Assembly: GCA_951406725.2 (NCBI GenBank)
Contig: OX597820.1
Span: 105,462,001-105,526,000, forward strand
Direction of reading: 5' to 3'
Origin: Octopus vulgaris
Taxonomy: Eukaryota
DNA: 64,000 nucleotides
The notes under the pieces are model-generated. The model saw nothing but the letters and a program-made list of their open reading frames with translations. It made no database searches and was not told where the DNA came from. The position numbers were made by a program, and so were the translations under genes. Within the stretch, counting starts at the first letter, position 1. The number at the start of each line of letters is the position of its first letter. This document shows positions 1 through 13,370 of this stretch, piece after piece.

Positions 1-18
1 ATTCATTTTACGAATCTT

Positions 19-418
19 TCTCTTTCTCTTTTACTTGTTTCAGTCATTTGACTGCGGCCATGCTGGAGCACCGCCTTTAGTCGAGCAAATCGACCCCAGG
101 ACTTATTCTTTGTAAGCCCAGTACTTATTCTATCAGTCTCTTTTGCCGAACCGCTAAGTGACGGGGACGTAAACACACCAGCATCGGTTGTCAAGCAATG
201 CTAGGGGGACAAACAGACACACAAACACACACACTCATATATATATACATATATACGACAGGCTTCTTTCAGTTTCCGTCTACCAAATCCACTCACAAGG
301 CATTGGTCGGCCCGGGGCTATAGCAGAAGACACTTGCCCAAGATGCCACACAGTGGGACTGAACCCGGAACCATGTGGTTGGTTAGCAAGCTACTTACCA
401 CACAGCCACTCCTGCGCC
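19..418 (-). mobile_element. tRNA-derived SINE, family A, well preserved
   Basis: Minus-strand head GGCGCAGGAGTGGCTGTGTGGTAAG...GGTTCAGTCCC (A/B boxes), internal (TA)/(TG) tract. Many copies in the window. Confidence 0.9.
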
Positions 419-886
419 TATAAGCTTTATTTTTGACTTTTTCATCGTTAGAATTTTTTTTCATTTTATCAATGGAAGCAGCTCAAGACATTATTGTGAA
501 CAATCATGAGGGTAAGCACTGGAATAACATGCCCCACTTCTTGCAAGCCTTACCTGACATTCTGGTTTGATGAGTCACCAAGCCAAGGACTTGTAACTGG
601 CAGACCAGCATCTCCAAATTCTTGGATTAAATAATTACTTGTTGGCAATACTTCTGTGATTTACTCCATTCAGTTGCAGATGTGTTTCCCCACTTCCATT
701 ATAGCATTTAGAGTATGTGAGTGGAGTGGAAGAATCACTTACTTTAGTGTCTCTTATAAAATATGTGCTTAGTCTTCTAGAGATGAAGAGTCAACTCATC
801 AGGCCTCTTCTCATCAACCTTCAACAATGTCACAGGCTCCAAAACTGAGAAGATATGTATTTTTTTAAGGTTTGTTTTAAAATTAA

Positions 887-3360
887 ATATTTAGCCAGAG
901 GGGAAGCAGATAAGAAAAAATTTGCCAATGTTCTGCACCGTGAGGACCAAAGACTTGAGGTATTTTGTGTTGCAAGACAGTGTGTGAGAGAGAATCGTGA
1001 TGTTGTAGGAGAGAAATGTGTCCGCATGGATGATGGTTCACTTGCACTAAACAAGGCTGCAAAGAGAGAGGTTTGGAGACGCCACTATGAAAGGTTGCTT
1101 AATAAAGAAAATAAATGGGAGAAAGAGAGTCTGCCGAATGTCGACCTAACAGAAGGACCAGCAACTGGTCAGTTCCTTGGTAGATAAGGCAATTAGAAGC
1201 TTGAAGACAGGGAAAGCCCCAGGCCCATCAGAGATACTCAAAATAACTGCAGAGATACTCAAAATATCTGGTAGTGTCGGCTATGTCCTAGTCACCCGTA
1301 TAGTTATCCAGGTGATACACAAAGGAGTCATACCCAATGACTGGTGTAACAGCACCGTAGCTGCTACAAAGGTAAAGGTGACACTTTAGATACAAATAAT
1401 TACAGTGGTATCAAGTTGTTGGATCACGTAATGAAGGTTATGGAGAGGGTCATAGCCCAACTAATTAGGGAGAGATGCAGTTTGGGTTCATTGCCAGGGA
1501 AAAGCACCACTGGTGCTATATTTCTGGTAAGACAGTTGCAGGAGAAATACCCAGCCAAACATAAACTCTGTATCTGGCTTTCATTGACATGGAGAAAGCC
1601 TTTGACAGGGTCTCCCGATCCCTTATCTAGTGCTCAATGAAGAAACTAGGGATAGATGAATGGTTAGTGAGAGCTGTGCAAGCCATGTACAGGGATGCTG
1701 TCAGTAAGGTAAGGGTTGGCAACAAGCACAGTGAAGAATTCTGGGTAGAGGTAGGGGTCCACCAAGGTTCAGTCCTCAGCCTCTTCCTATTTATCATAGT
1801 CCTCCAGGCAATAACAGAGGAATTCAAGACAAGATGTCCCCAGGAGCTCCTCCATGCTGACAACCTTGCTCACTATCAGAACTAGAGAAGTTTCAGGTGT
1901 GGAAACAAGGATTAGAATCGAAGAGCCTTAGAGTCAACCTAGCTAAAACCAAAGTCCTAATAAGTAGGAAGGCAGGCAAACCACAAATCCCTTCAGGTAA
2001 ATGGCCCTGCTTGATCTGTAGAGAAGGTGTAGGTAGAAACTCTATAAGATGTACCTAGCGTAAGCTATGGACACCTAATAGGTGCAGCAATATCAAAGGG
2101 AGGCTAACGGGGAAGATAGTTTTTGTATGTGGCAGATGCTCAGGAGCAATAAACACTGAAAATGCTCTGAGACCAACTTCCGCCACATTCCAGGGAGAAA
2201 AACAAGAAGTAGCTGATAGCTTCCTTTATCTAGGTGACCAAATCAGTAGCGGGGGGAGGGTGCACTGAAAGTGTAGCTGCTAGAATAAGAATAGCCTAGG
2301 CAAAGTTCAGAGAGCTCTTACCTCTGCTGGTGACAAAGGGCCTCTCGCTCAGAGTAAAAGGTTGACTGTATGACGCATATGTACGAACAGCCATGCTACA
2401 TGGCAGTGAAATATGGGCTGTGACTGCTGAGGACATGCATAAGGTCGCAAGGAATGAAGCCAGTATGCTCCACTGGATGTGTAATGTCAGTGTGCATACT
2501 TGACTGAGTGTAAGTACCTTAAGAGAAAAGTTAGACCTAAGAAGCATCAGATGTGGTGTGCAGGAGAGACATTTGCACTGGTATGGTCATGTGTTGCAAA
2601 TGGCTGAGGACAGTTGTGTGAAAAAGTGCCACACCCTAGCAGTTAAGGGAACCTGTGGAAGAGGAAGACCTGGGATGAGGTGGAGAAGCACGACCTTCAA
2701 ACATTGGGCTTCACCAAGGCAATGACAAGTGACTGAGACCTTTGGAAATATGCAGTGTGTGAGAAGACCCGGCAAGCCAAGTGAGATCATAACCCGTGGC
2801 TTATGCCAGGGGTGTAACCATCCCACTTATGTGTACCTTTCCTTCATTGGACACTAAACTCTGCTTGCGAAGACCAGTTGAGGGAAGTGAAATCAAAATT
2901 GCAAATTCAATGACTGGCACCCATGCTTAAGAGCACCATCCAAGCGTGATTGTTGCCAGAGCAGCTGACTGGCTTCTGTGCCGGTGACACGTAAAAAGCA
3001 ACATTCAAACGTGATCATTACCAGCGTCGCCTTACTGACACTTGTGCTGGTGGCACGTGAAAAACATTCGAGCGAGGTCGTTGCCAGTGCCACTGGACTG
3101 GCTCCTGTGCAGGTGGCACATAAAAAACAACACATGAGTGTGGCTGTTGCCAGTACCGCCTGACTGGCCTTCATGCTGGTGGCATATAAAAGCACCCACT
3201 ACACTCTTGGAGTGGTTTGCATTAGGGAGGGCATCCAGCTGTAGAAACTCTGCCAGATCAGATTGGAGCCTGGTGCAGCCATCTAGTTCGCCAGTCCTCA
3301 GTCAAATCGTCCAACCCATGCTAGCATGGAAAGCGGACGTTAAACGATGATGATGATGAT
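887..3360 (+). mobile_element. 5'-truncated, decayed RTE-clade LINE (RT domain, 3' UTR, (ATG)n tail)
   Basis: Fragments KAPGPS, PGKSTTGAIFLVRQLQEKY, VGVHQGSVLS.FLFIIVL, LLHADNL (YADD-like) and a Cys-rich insert; frameshifts and stops; ends ...gttaaacgatgatgatgat. Confidence 0.92.
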
Positions 3361-3852
3361 AATCAACCTCTTTGTTTTAATGTCCTCTTTTCCATGCTCC
3401 CAAGGAAAAGTGGATATTAAAATGATGATGATGCTTGATGCCCCATGGATTCTGTCGAGGTAGATTTTTTACTGTGAGTTGCTCTTCCTTGTCTATTACC
3501 AAGCAAGGTAATATTCTACCATGACAAGGCATGTTTTCATGGGAGACTGAAAATGAATGACTGCTTGTATGATGGTGGAACTCATTTACAGACATTGTTT
3601 TGACATCACATGATGTTAAACCAAGGAGGCACACACACACACATGACAGGCTTCCTTCAGTTTCCATCTATCAAATTCACTCTTAAGGCTACAGTAGGTG
3701 ACACTTGCCCAAGATGCTGTTCTGTGGCATTGGATCTGGAACCACATGATTAGGAAGCAAACTTCTTAACCACACACCTATGTTTATATATATATATATA
3801 GAATAAATGTAGAAAAGCATAAATTTCACAGATATATCATAATTTAAATACT

Positions 3853-3964
3853 TTCTACACCTGTTTCATTAGGATTAAGCATAATTAATTGTATAATTTC
3901 ATAATTAAGATGCACAATTAATGAAAGTTAATTCAAAGCAATGCTTATTCCAAATCATCAGGAA
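3853..3964 (-). ncRNA. Type-I hammerhead-ribozyme-like motif with long stem II
   Basis: Minus strand: TTC-CTGATGA-TTTGGAATAAGCAT...ATGCTTAATCCTAAT-GAA-ACA GG TGT-A-GAA. Confidence 0.6.
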
Positions 3965-4345
3965 TACTATCATTTTATTCTAAATATGTGTAGCTTTTAA
4001 GGATTGTTTTAGTCAATTATGTATACACATGCAAGTTTCTCCCACTCAGTTTACTGCAGTGTTATAACATTGAGTTAAATGACCTATTTATAATTGAGCT
4101 CTTAATTACTATGGATGTTTTATTCATCATCTCTTTCACACACACACACATCATAGTACATTATAGTAGGTACTGAAGTCTGACATGCAGAAAAATTAGT
4201 TCAACATTCACTTCAGCTTTAAAATTGTTGGTTAGTGTTAAGAAGAGTAACCAAGATCTCTTAAGGTGAAAACACAAAAGCAATTTTGAAGTAACAACTT
4301 CCTAATAAAGCAAACACCTTTTAATTTAAATGCAATTAAATGAAA

Positions 4346-4351
4346 TTTATT
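4346..4351 (-). promoter_or_regulatory. Candidate polyadenylation signal AATAAA for GGCX
   Basis: First AATAAA on the minus strand after the stop. Others lie at 4119-4124 and 3974-3979, and ATTAAA at 4508-4513. AT-rich context, so weak. Confidence 0.35.
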
Positions 4352-4590
4352 TAAACTGAAATATTGATGAGAATTCATTGAGAAATGATGAAAATCTTGA
4401 TTTTTACTTTGAAACATTTTTAGAATTGTTCAAAATTCTGTTTTATATATATATATATATTAAAATTTTACTTCAAGCATGAATTTCATAAATAGATTTA
4501 TAAGAGATTTAATAAAATCTGGCAGTTATATGACAAATGACATTACAGAATGTTAAGAGATTTTTCTATCTTTGCCATCTGACTTTCATT

Positions 4591-4726
4591 TCATAGAAAT
4601 AGTCTTGCATGGTTTTTCACAGATCTTTCAACATGTGTATTTTCATATTCATAGGTTTCATTCAATATTCTTTCAAAAGGCTGGCCACTGATAATACTTT
4701 TCACTGCCCCTAGAGATAATGTGAGA
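4591..4726 (-). CDS. GGCX: GGCX final coding exon 15 (SLTLSLGAVKSIISGQPFERILNETYEYENTHVERSVKNHARLFL*)
   Basis: Long polypyrimidine tract and tAG; phase fits exon 14; TGA at 4593-4591. Confidence 0.85.
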
Positions 4727-5636
4727 CTAAAAGAGAAAAAAAAGAAGAAAAAAAATATTAATAATTTTCAAAGTAGTGAGCTGGCAGAATCATTAGCATG
4801 CTGGGCAAAATGCTTAGTGACATTTTGTCCATCTTTATGTTCTGAGTTCAAATTCTGCTGAGAATGAGTTTACCTTTCATCCTTTTAGTGTTGATAAAAT
4901 AAGTACCAGTTGAGTACTGGGACTGATGTAATTGACTTAATAATTGTCATCATCATTTAGCCCTTTAACTGCGAAATTAATACATGCATTTATTACATGC
5001 TTAAATTCATAGACATATATATACCTACATTACATTAGATAAAACTATGCATGCATACATACATAGTTTAGCCATTATAACTAAGTTCTAGTTGATATTT
5101 AAGTAGTTATTTACTACAAGTTCTCTTTACAGATAGAACAATGAGTCGGGTAATTGTTCACAAATGAGATCAATGAACAATGATATGTCAGGACAATTGC
5201 TTATTTTTCTGTGTACAAAGAATAACATGTATTGGCATCTAACAAAGTTTCACAAGAGACTTAAAGGTTATAATGTAACTTACTTTGAATTTATCTTAGG
5301 TTTTCTAATACATGCTATGTTGTGCATATATATGTCCCTTTTTTACGTGTTAACCTCTCAACACTTAGCATAAAACTGCCTTCCTTTCTGCTCTGAGAGG
5401 GTATTTTTTGCAATCTCCTGGTGCCACTAAAGAAGCACCAATACAAAATGTAAGGTGACTGGCATTAGGAAGGGTATCCAGCCGTAGGAACCATACCAAA
5501 GCAGATACAAGAGTACAGCACAATCCTCTGACTCACTGGATCCTGTTGAACTGTCCAACCCATGCTAGCAAGGAAGACAGGCATTAAATGATGATGATGA
5601 AGATACATAAGAGAAAGCAAGCTATCAAATACTCAC

Positions 5637-5706
5637 CTCCTGGAAAACATAAAATATTTTAATTTCAGGAAATTTACAAACGTCTCCAGCAGGTTTGGAT
5701 TATGGA
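5637..5706 (-). CDS. GGCX: GGCX coding exon 14 (FHNPNLLETFVNFLKLKYFMFSRS)
   Basis: Strong acAG/GTGAGT sites; phases 1/2 fit both neighbours; resembles the human ERFFRFLLRKLYVFRRS helix (recalled). Confidence 0.85.
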
Positions 5707-6877
5707 CTGTAAAAAGAAAAAAAGATTAACAGATTAAAGCAATATCTTCAATAATTCCTAAACATTTTTTCAAAGATGGTATAATCAGTAAGAGTGCCAA
5801 ACAAAAGTTCTTTGCAGTACTTAACCGTTTTGATACCAATCCACTTGAGACTCGCCCTGGTTCTAGGATACAGTGGTTCTAGGATAAGTGATCTAAAAGC
5901 TTTCCATCAAAATTTCATGTTAATTTATGTTTCAAATCCCAGCTTAATGACAAAGTTATTTACTTTTTCATTTCAAAATGAATTGTAACAAAGACAGAAT
6001 GCTAAGAAATGACTAGTTTTAGAGAGTTAGTCTAATTCTTCAAAAGCCAGAGATATCTAGAGTTTTACATGGATACAATGAGTACACAGCCTGGAATGGT
6101 GCACTGTACCACATTTGCATAATACTAGATAACATCCAAAGATAGCTGTCCATTTGATTGGTAAACTCTCACACATAGAGGCTCCCAAGGCAGAAACCTA
6201 TATGTAGTTGCCCATCCTGCTAGAAATATCAGCTAAATTCCTGTAAATCACATTAATTGGAATGAAAATATGGATTGACAGTATTTGAAAGGGACATTTC
6301 ATTTCTTTGGGTTTATCTTAGAATGTGAGGTGTGTCCTGCATTGTATAATACATTGGATAAGGCAGAACGGTTAGAGCATCAGACAAAATATCTTGTATT
6401 TCTTTTAACTCTTCATGTTCTGAGTTCAAATCTTGCCAAGGTCAACATTGCAGTTGATAAACTAAAGCAACGTTTAAAGTACTATGGTACAGCTTTCTCT
6501 CCTCCCTTCAACTATCAAGCCTTTAATGTTTCACTGGGTTGAGAAGGTGCCTGGGTCTGCTAGCAAATACATGAATATTGAAAACAAGTGATAGTGTGAG
6601 CTGTGACCAAGACACTTGATTGCAAGTGATTGTGGTTTAATACTGGATAATGTATTAAATACACTAGCTGAAATGAAAGAATGGGAGAGTAACTGTTTCA
6701 ATACTTTTGTTTACAGACTTATCAAACAGCTAACATGGGGCTGAATAACAACAGTTCATAAACACTCTCTAAATACTGTGTGACAGCTGTACTAATCTTC
6801 TTTGCCTCGTTGACATTTTTCACCGTTTATATGGAAGCAATTTTGTTAAAATGCCTTCGATAGAAGAAAGTCCAAAA

Positions 6878-7385
6878 ATGAATTTCGCTGAGGCATTGGT
6901 GGGCGCGAACTCATTAAAATTAAAATGGAAGAAATACACACCTATTTCGGATTGATCACCAACAAAGACGGTGAATCTAGGATAACACTACCAAACGAAA
7001 TAAAAAATAAGATTAAAGAAAAGACTATTGTCTATAAAGTATACAATGTAGAGAAAAAAAAGATTTAAACACCTGGAGGAAAGCACCATCGAAAAGTGTC
7101 TTGGTGCGACTATGAAAGATATCTAACCAGAGGCGGTAAATTCGCCACAATAGAAGCAAGGTTCGAGTCAACGGAGCGTGCAAGGGAGTACTCGACTTGA
7201 ACCTTGCAAAGTGGAAATATTTTATTTTTACCTTTATATCTGGGACATAGGACGTCCTGGATAAAAATTTAAAATGTTCCCCCAGAAGTAGAGGTAGGCT
7301 GGATTGTAGCCACACTTCTATACAAGAAGGAGGACAAGATACAATTGATCGAAATTGCAAGAGACGGGCCTTCAATTCCAGTCTG
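6878..7385 (+). mobile_element. Decayed coding relic, probably ORF1 of an L1/Tx1-type LINE
   Basis: GC-richer island translating (with stops) to RGGKFATIEARFES...LFLPLYLGHRTSWIKI*NVPPEVEVGWIVA, which resembles RRM-type ORF1 peptides. Confidence 0.45.
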
Positions 7386-7525
7386 TTATATATTTTAAGT
7401 ATTGTTATCACTAGCGATATCAAGATATAACTTTGTATTTTGTATTTTATGTGTAGATGTATATATATATAGATGTACATATAATATGTACACACATATA
7501 TATATATACACATATATATACATGC

Positions 7526-7567
7526 ACTAGCACTATGACCCGGCAACACCAGGTCATAATGCTAGTG
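7526..7567. mobile_element. Tiny palindromic element (ACTAG...CTAGT), possibly a Helitron/Helentron-end derivative
   Basis: actagcactatgacccggcaacaccaggtcataatgctagt is self-complementary. Confidence 0.4.
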
Positions 7568-8966
7568 GTATATATCAAGCTCATGCTAGCATAGAAAAAC
7601 TGACATAAAAGGAATGAACGAAGGAATTTCTACTCCAACACCTCTAAAGATTCTATATTGGAATATTTTGTCCAATATTTTTCTCCTCCAATGGTAGGTA
7701 CTCTATTCTCAATGGTGAGTCCCCTATTCTGTTCTAAATGTTCTCATCTTGCCATAACTAATAATTTAAGTTGATGTTGACTTGGCTAAATATTTCTCAA
7801 CAGAATTTACAATAGTTAGACAGTTGCTGATGTTGAAGTTAACGAGTCTGACTACCAACCAAATTGATAAGATGATGGTTTAATACCTCATCGCTGTCTC
7901 TCTTAACAGTGTCCATAGTCAACATATTTAATTGCTGTTTGTCTACTTCTTGTTGTAAACAGATGCCAGGAAATAGCAAAGGCACATAGGAGTTTGGTTA
8001 AGAAGCCTGCTTCTTAATCTTGGGTTCATCTTCTACTACAGCTCAGGGCTGACCAAAGCCTTGTGACTGGACTTGGTAGATGGATACTAAAAGAAGCCCA
8101 TATGTCTGTCTGAGTTGTCAATATCATACAAGCAGTGTTTCCAATCTTCTGTGAAAAACATGTCTAGCCAAGAGGAAATATTACTTTGCCTGGAAGCAGG
8201 AGAGGGTTGGCAATAGAAAGGCAGCTGTAGCAAATATACCTTAAATTCCATTTGGCGCAAGCAAGCATTGAAAAGTGGATGTTAACCCTTTAGCATTCAG
8301 ATTACTCTGTTAATTGAGATGCTTTTTTATTCACATTGCTTTGAATTCATCATGCATTATCTCATAGCTTAGAGATTTCTATAACATAATTGCTTAGTTT
8401 TAAAATGACATTGTAAAGAAGTGTGAAAGACTGGATGTGGCCAGTTTGAATATAAAAAAGAATATTTTGGCTCGATATGGCCAGTTTAAATGATGATGGT
8501 GTAGGCACTGGAGGTATGTCCTAATTCAAATTAGCCTACAATACTGAGATCAAGAATTCCCATGGATCTAAATAAGGTAACAAAAACCTATTCCAGCGAA
8601 TTCTTATCAGAAAGAGTGGGCCCTTCTCTAACATAGAACTTATTTTTTTCTCTATTTTATGTTTTGTAAGATGTTCCTGAGTTTTTAGACCCCTTTCGTA
8701 GACACTATCCCCTTTATACTAACACATCATTTCATTTAGCCTTAATTCTAGGAAATGTGTGATCCTTACTCTAGGAAATGCATGAAAAGCTATTGTTATT
8801 CTCCATCTTCCTTAAACTAACAACTGAAACACATGCACATATATCTATTGTATTAGTATACAAGAAACACCTGCACTACTGATTGCTTTATTTGAACTCA
8901 AAACCGTTGGGTCTGTAATCCAATACATCAGACAGTCAGTTGCTGGGCTTCTTGAGAGCTACTTAC

Positions 8967-9117
8967 ACTGTGGATCTTGTGGGAGTTTCTGATACCATTT
9001 GAGCCGAGGACAGGTTGCCGTGCTTTCACTCCACTTCTTCTGACTGAGATACGTATACATATAACCTGCAGGACCTGATGAAACTGTATGGACGATATGG
9101 AAGTCTCCAGAAGGAAC
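8967..9117 (-). CDS. GGCX: GGCX coding exon 13 (VPSGDFHIVHTVSSGPAGYMYTYLSQKKW...LPQDPQ)
   Basis: P.G.(F/Y)H.V.T.S..P..YMY.Y motif; AAG acceptor, GTAAGT donor; 151 nt. Confidence 0.93.
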
Positions 9118-9319
9118 CTTTACATAAGTAAAATAAAAGTGAAATTGAAGCATTAGCATAATAAATATTCTTAAAACAGGAGCACTAATGACGCTTTCCA
9201 AAAATATTGAAAAACTTGGTGTATGCAACTAAAGCAGCATTAAAATTGCCATCTGTGTATCACACTTAACACACACACACACACCTGTGTGTATGTACAT
9301 ACACCATTAAAAGGCATGA

Positions 9320-9466
9320 AGCCGTGATTTTTGTCTGAGAGAAAATCTCTTCATAGACATCTGTTAAAAACAATATATATTAACACGAGATGAACATCAT
9401 CCCAACAATAGCTTAAAAGATTTCCGTGTCTCTTAAGAAATTTTCTCTCAGACAAAATTCACAGCC
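9320..9466. repeat. Fold-back inverted repeat, ~40-bp arms
   Basis: gtgatttttgtctgagagaaaatctcttcatagaca pairs with tgtctcttaagaaattttctctcagacaaaattcac. Confidence 0.75.
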
Positions 9467-9726
9467 TTTCAATAATATATGCATATGGCTATTTTATATT
9501 TTTCATCTTTCATTCGTTTCAGTCATTGGTCAGAGGCTACACTGGGGTACAATGTTGAAAGTTTTTTTTTAGTCAAATAATTGACTCCAGTACTTAATTA
9601 AAAAAAAAAAACCTGGTACTTATTCCACCAGTCTCTGTTTGATGACTGCTGGATTACAGGGACATAAACAAACCAGCATTAGTTGTCAAGTGCTGGTGGG
9701 GGACAAACACTAGCACAAAGACACAC

Positions 9727-9787
<61 letters not shown>

Positions 9788-11823
9788 TAATGAACTTCTT
9801 TCAATTCCCATCTACCAAATCCATTCACAAGGCTTTAGTTAGTCTGGGGCTATACTACCAGGTGCTTGCCCAAAGTGTTAAGCAATGGGAATGAACTCAG
9901 AACTAAGTGGTTGGAAAGCAAACTTCTTACCACACAGCTATGCCTGCATGTATATAGTGAAAAAAATTATCCCCCTACATTAAGAGTTTATAACCAGGGT
10001 TCATTTGATTTTTTTTTTTATAAGGTTTACATCTTCATCATTTCTTCACCTACTTTTCCAGTTCAACATAGGTTGTGCCATATGGTATTTCTCCAACTAC
10101 CTTGATGTGTGATCTTATCAAAAACTAGTGCCACAGACCTGATCTCACAATGCCTCACTGGCTAATTGCAACACCAGCACCTGTTCTGACACTGTTTGTT
10201 TTATATATTGCTGGTGGGGAGGTGAATCACTGCTATCTCTAGTGGTCAAGCAACCATCATTGATGAGCGCAATAAAGGTTAAAATTGTATGATCTGGCAG
10301 CTGGAGATAGCAGAGATTTATCTCCCCGCTAGTGATATAAACAAGAGTACATTTTGTAGCAAAAGCCAATATGAGAGTTTCTCTCATGGCATCTATCACA
10401 GTATAGTTGATTCTAACTGAACATCCACGTTTAAGTGGAGGATGAGTATTACCTCTCAGTACTAAAACTGCTTCTATCACTAATATATATTTTTGATCTA
10501 CTTCCACCATTTGAATCCACTAAAATCAATATATGGTACATTGTACATTTTCTTTACATGTAGATGGTACCACAAATACTTCCTACACTCAATGGATGGC
10601 ATATTGCATACAACATCATGTTACATTACATATGCGATCCTACTTGTCTATGTCATCATCATCATCACCATGTTGGCATGAACGTTATCATTAGTTTAGA
10701 TAACTGTCACTTTTTCTTTCTTTAGTTCAATAGACATCATTATTTTTCAGTCTAGTTATTGATCTATTTTGGATTAAGCATTGTTTTAAAATACACTCTG
10801 TTGGGTGGTTGGTGTTAGGAAAGGCATCCAGCCATAAAAACTGTGCCAAAACAGACACAGAAGTCTGGTGCAATCTTCTGCCTGGCCAGCTCTAGTCAAA
10901 CCATCCAACCCATGCTAGCATGGAAGGTGGATGTTAAATGATGATGGTGGTGATGATGATGATAGCACTGAGAAAGTATAAATATATATTCTTCTTCAGT
11001 CTATGTCTAAGTCACTCTCACTCCCTATGGAGCATCAGGTGATGAGAAATTTCCATCAAACAGAGTTGCAAAAACTGTTGTGAGCCTGCTTCCAGGCCAG
11101 GCCACACCCATATCTGTCAGGTCCTTCTCCTCAATTCTCCTTCAGGCTTCAACGGGTCTGCCTCACCGCCTAAAATTCCTATCTAGCTTCCACTCAAGAA
11201 ATGCTCTCACTGGTTTCTATTTCACACTAAGTCTAAATTTGTAAAACATTTCATGCTCAGATTATCAAAGCATGGAATAAACTATCCATGTCAATGGTTA
11301 GCTGCCAGGACACTGCATCCTTCAAAGATTCCATGCTTCTCGAAATTCACCAACACTACTCCTGATGTTACTTATGTACCCCTTTCCTTTTACTATTCAC
11401 TTTTCTATTTTCCTGTATTTTATTCTGAATACTGGGCATGTACTCCTAGTTTTCATTGCTGTCTTTTTAACTTGACTTATGGCTGCTTTGTGTCCACCCT
11501 TTCTGAAAAGTTGTAGTATACCTGAGTGGAGTAGGCAGAACCATTAGCACATCTGCCAAAATGCTTAGCAGTATTTCGTCCATCTGTATGTTCTAAGTTC
11601 AAATTCTACCATGGTCAACTTTGCCTTTCATCCTTTTGGGGCCAATAAAATAGGTACCAGTTGATTTAATTTTTGTTACTCTTCATTTCTGTCATATGTT
11701 GGCACTTATAATGTCTGATAGCAGATCACATGAAAGTATTCAAATTTAAGCAAAAGATATTAAAATAGAAAAATAAATCAATATATTTATCAAAAAAGTC
11801 TGCTATTTTCTTAGACATCCTAC

Positions 11824-11954
11824 CTTTACACCATCACCTTTGTGTAGTGTGTAGTTCTTTTCTTGCTCAGGTATCTCAACGATTACTGATCCTTCGAGCA
11901 CTGTTAACCGATTCCTAAGAAGATCCTCTGGAATAAAATTTTCAAGATGATATC
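11824..11954 (-). CDS. GGCX: GGCX coding exon 12 (YHLENFIPEDLLRNRLTVLEGSVIVEIPEQEKNYTLHKGDGVK)
   Basis: HLENF..EDL...GxV.VE...KN.TL motif; tAG/GTAGGA; 131 nt. Confidence 0.96.
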
Positions 11955-12253
11955 CTAAAAAAGAGAAAGAAGATTTTAAAGACCATTAGAGGGGAATTTG
12001 CAGTAATTACAAATGCAGGTGTGTCTGTGTGGTTAAGAAGTTTGCTTTCTAACTACATGGTTTCAGGTTCAGTCCTACTGCAAGGCACCTCAGGCAAATG
12101 TCTTCTATTATAGTCAAGGGTCAACTGAAGCCTTATGAGTGGATTTGCTAGACAGAAACTGAAAGAAGCCTGCCATATCTAAATTATACTAAAACTCAAA
12201 GTTTGTTTTTCTGCCATTTGGTGAAGATGATAAAGACTACAAATAAAATAGTC

Positions 12254-12477
12254 ATTTCCCCCTTTAAGAAAAAAAAAATCAAGTTGGAAATATGGACACT
12301 TCAAAGAGTCGTCAAAGCTACCGTCATCCATCTGTTTTCTGTAACTTTCTTTTTTCTTCTCTTCATCATTTAAACAACTTTTGGAGTGTTATGGACTTGA
12401 AAGATAGAAATTCTTATATTTTTATGAGATATTTTTGAATCATGGGTACTTGATTTTTTTTCTTTAAAGGGGAAAAT
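12254..12477. mobile_element. MITE-like element with ~30-bp TIRs
   Basis: atttccccctttaagaaaaaaaaaatcaagt ... acttgattttttttctttaaaggggaaaat. Confidence 0.6.
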
Positions 12478-13082
12478 ATTTGATGTGATACTTGTTAAAC
12501 AGAAATTATTTTTATTTAATGAAAATTTAATAAAATCTAATCATAAGTGAAATTATGCTAAATACAACTAAATTGAAAACCTTTTACCCCTGGCCATATT
12601 AGCAATTCTGAAAACTTTTGGGCATGAATTTTACATGAGTAGAAGCTTTTTCTAAAATTTTTATCCTGAAAATCACCTGCATAAATTACACAGGTACACA
12701 ATTTACATGGGTTTTTATGGTAAATCCCCATAACTTTGCGTTTTGGCAAAAGAAATCAACAGAATAAGTACCATGTTTTAAAAAAAAAGTACTGGAGTCA
12801 ATGACTGAAACAAGTAAAAGGTAAAAGATTGCAAGGTAGCCTACATTGATTGGATATTTGTGAGAGGAAATAATCCCATAAATCAAAGTATGAGTTAACT
12901 GCTCAGTTTTCAATGTAAATGAGAGAATACAAACATTACTGTTGTATCTTGACATTTATATTAAAATCTTAGCAGTTATTCTTAATATATTCTTATGCAA
13001 AAAATCATCGCTTTATTTATATCTAAGATATTGTAATTAGAAAGTATTTTAATTACAATATATAATTAACTAATTAACTTAC

Positions 13083-13261
13083 CTGGGAAATCAAGAATAA
13101 ATGTTACATCTTCCAATGAATTATTCTCATGGACTTCTCTGGTAATTTTGTCCATGGTATTTCGCCAGTTGGCAAGTTGGTTTTGTAATGGTAATATCCA
13201 AGGAGTATCTTTGAATGGGTGCCAATCTGCTTTGATTATATCAGTATTTGGGTCAAATAAC
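13083..13261 (-). CDS. GGCX: GGCX coding exon 11 (LFDPNTDIIKADWHPFKDTPWILPL...VTFILDFPG)
   Basis: FDP..D...A.W.PF..T.W..PL and DFPG motifs; cAG/GTAAG; 179 nt. Confidence 0.97.
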
Positions 13262-13370
13262 CTGATCAAGGTAAAAAAATAAGAATATATATATATATAT
13301 ATAATCTACTAGCAGGATCCATGGAAATTCCACGGAATGAAAAAAATTAAGAGGAACTACAAAAGAAAGA

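Noticed and set aside
7025-7549. 174-aa minus-strand ORF as a nested gene or extra exon
   Set aside because: It starts in a TA/TG microsatellite, the coding-like signal is on the opposite strand, and the GGCX frame is complete without it.
9320-9466. Hammerhead inside this fold-back
   Set aside because: No CUGANGA/GAAA layout found on either strand; kept only as an inverted repeat.
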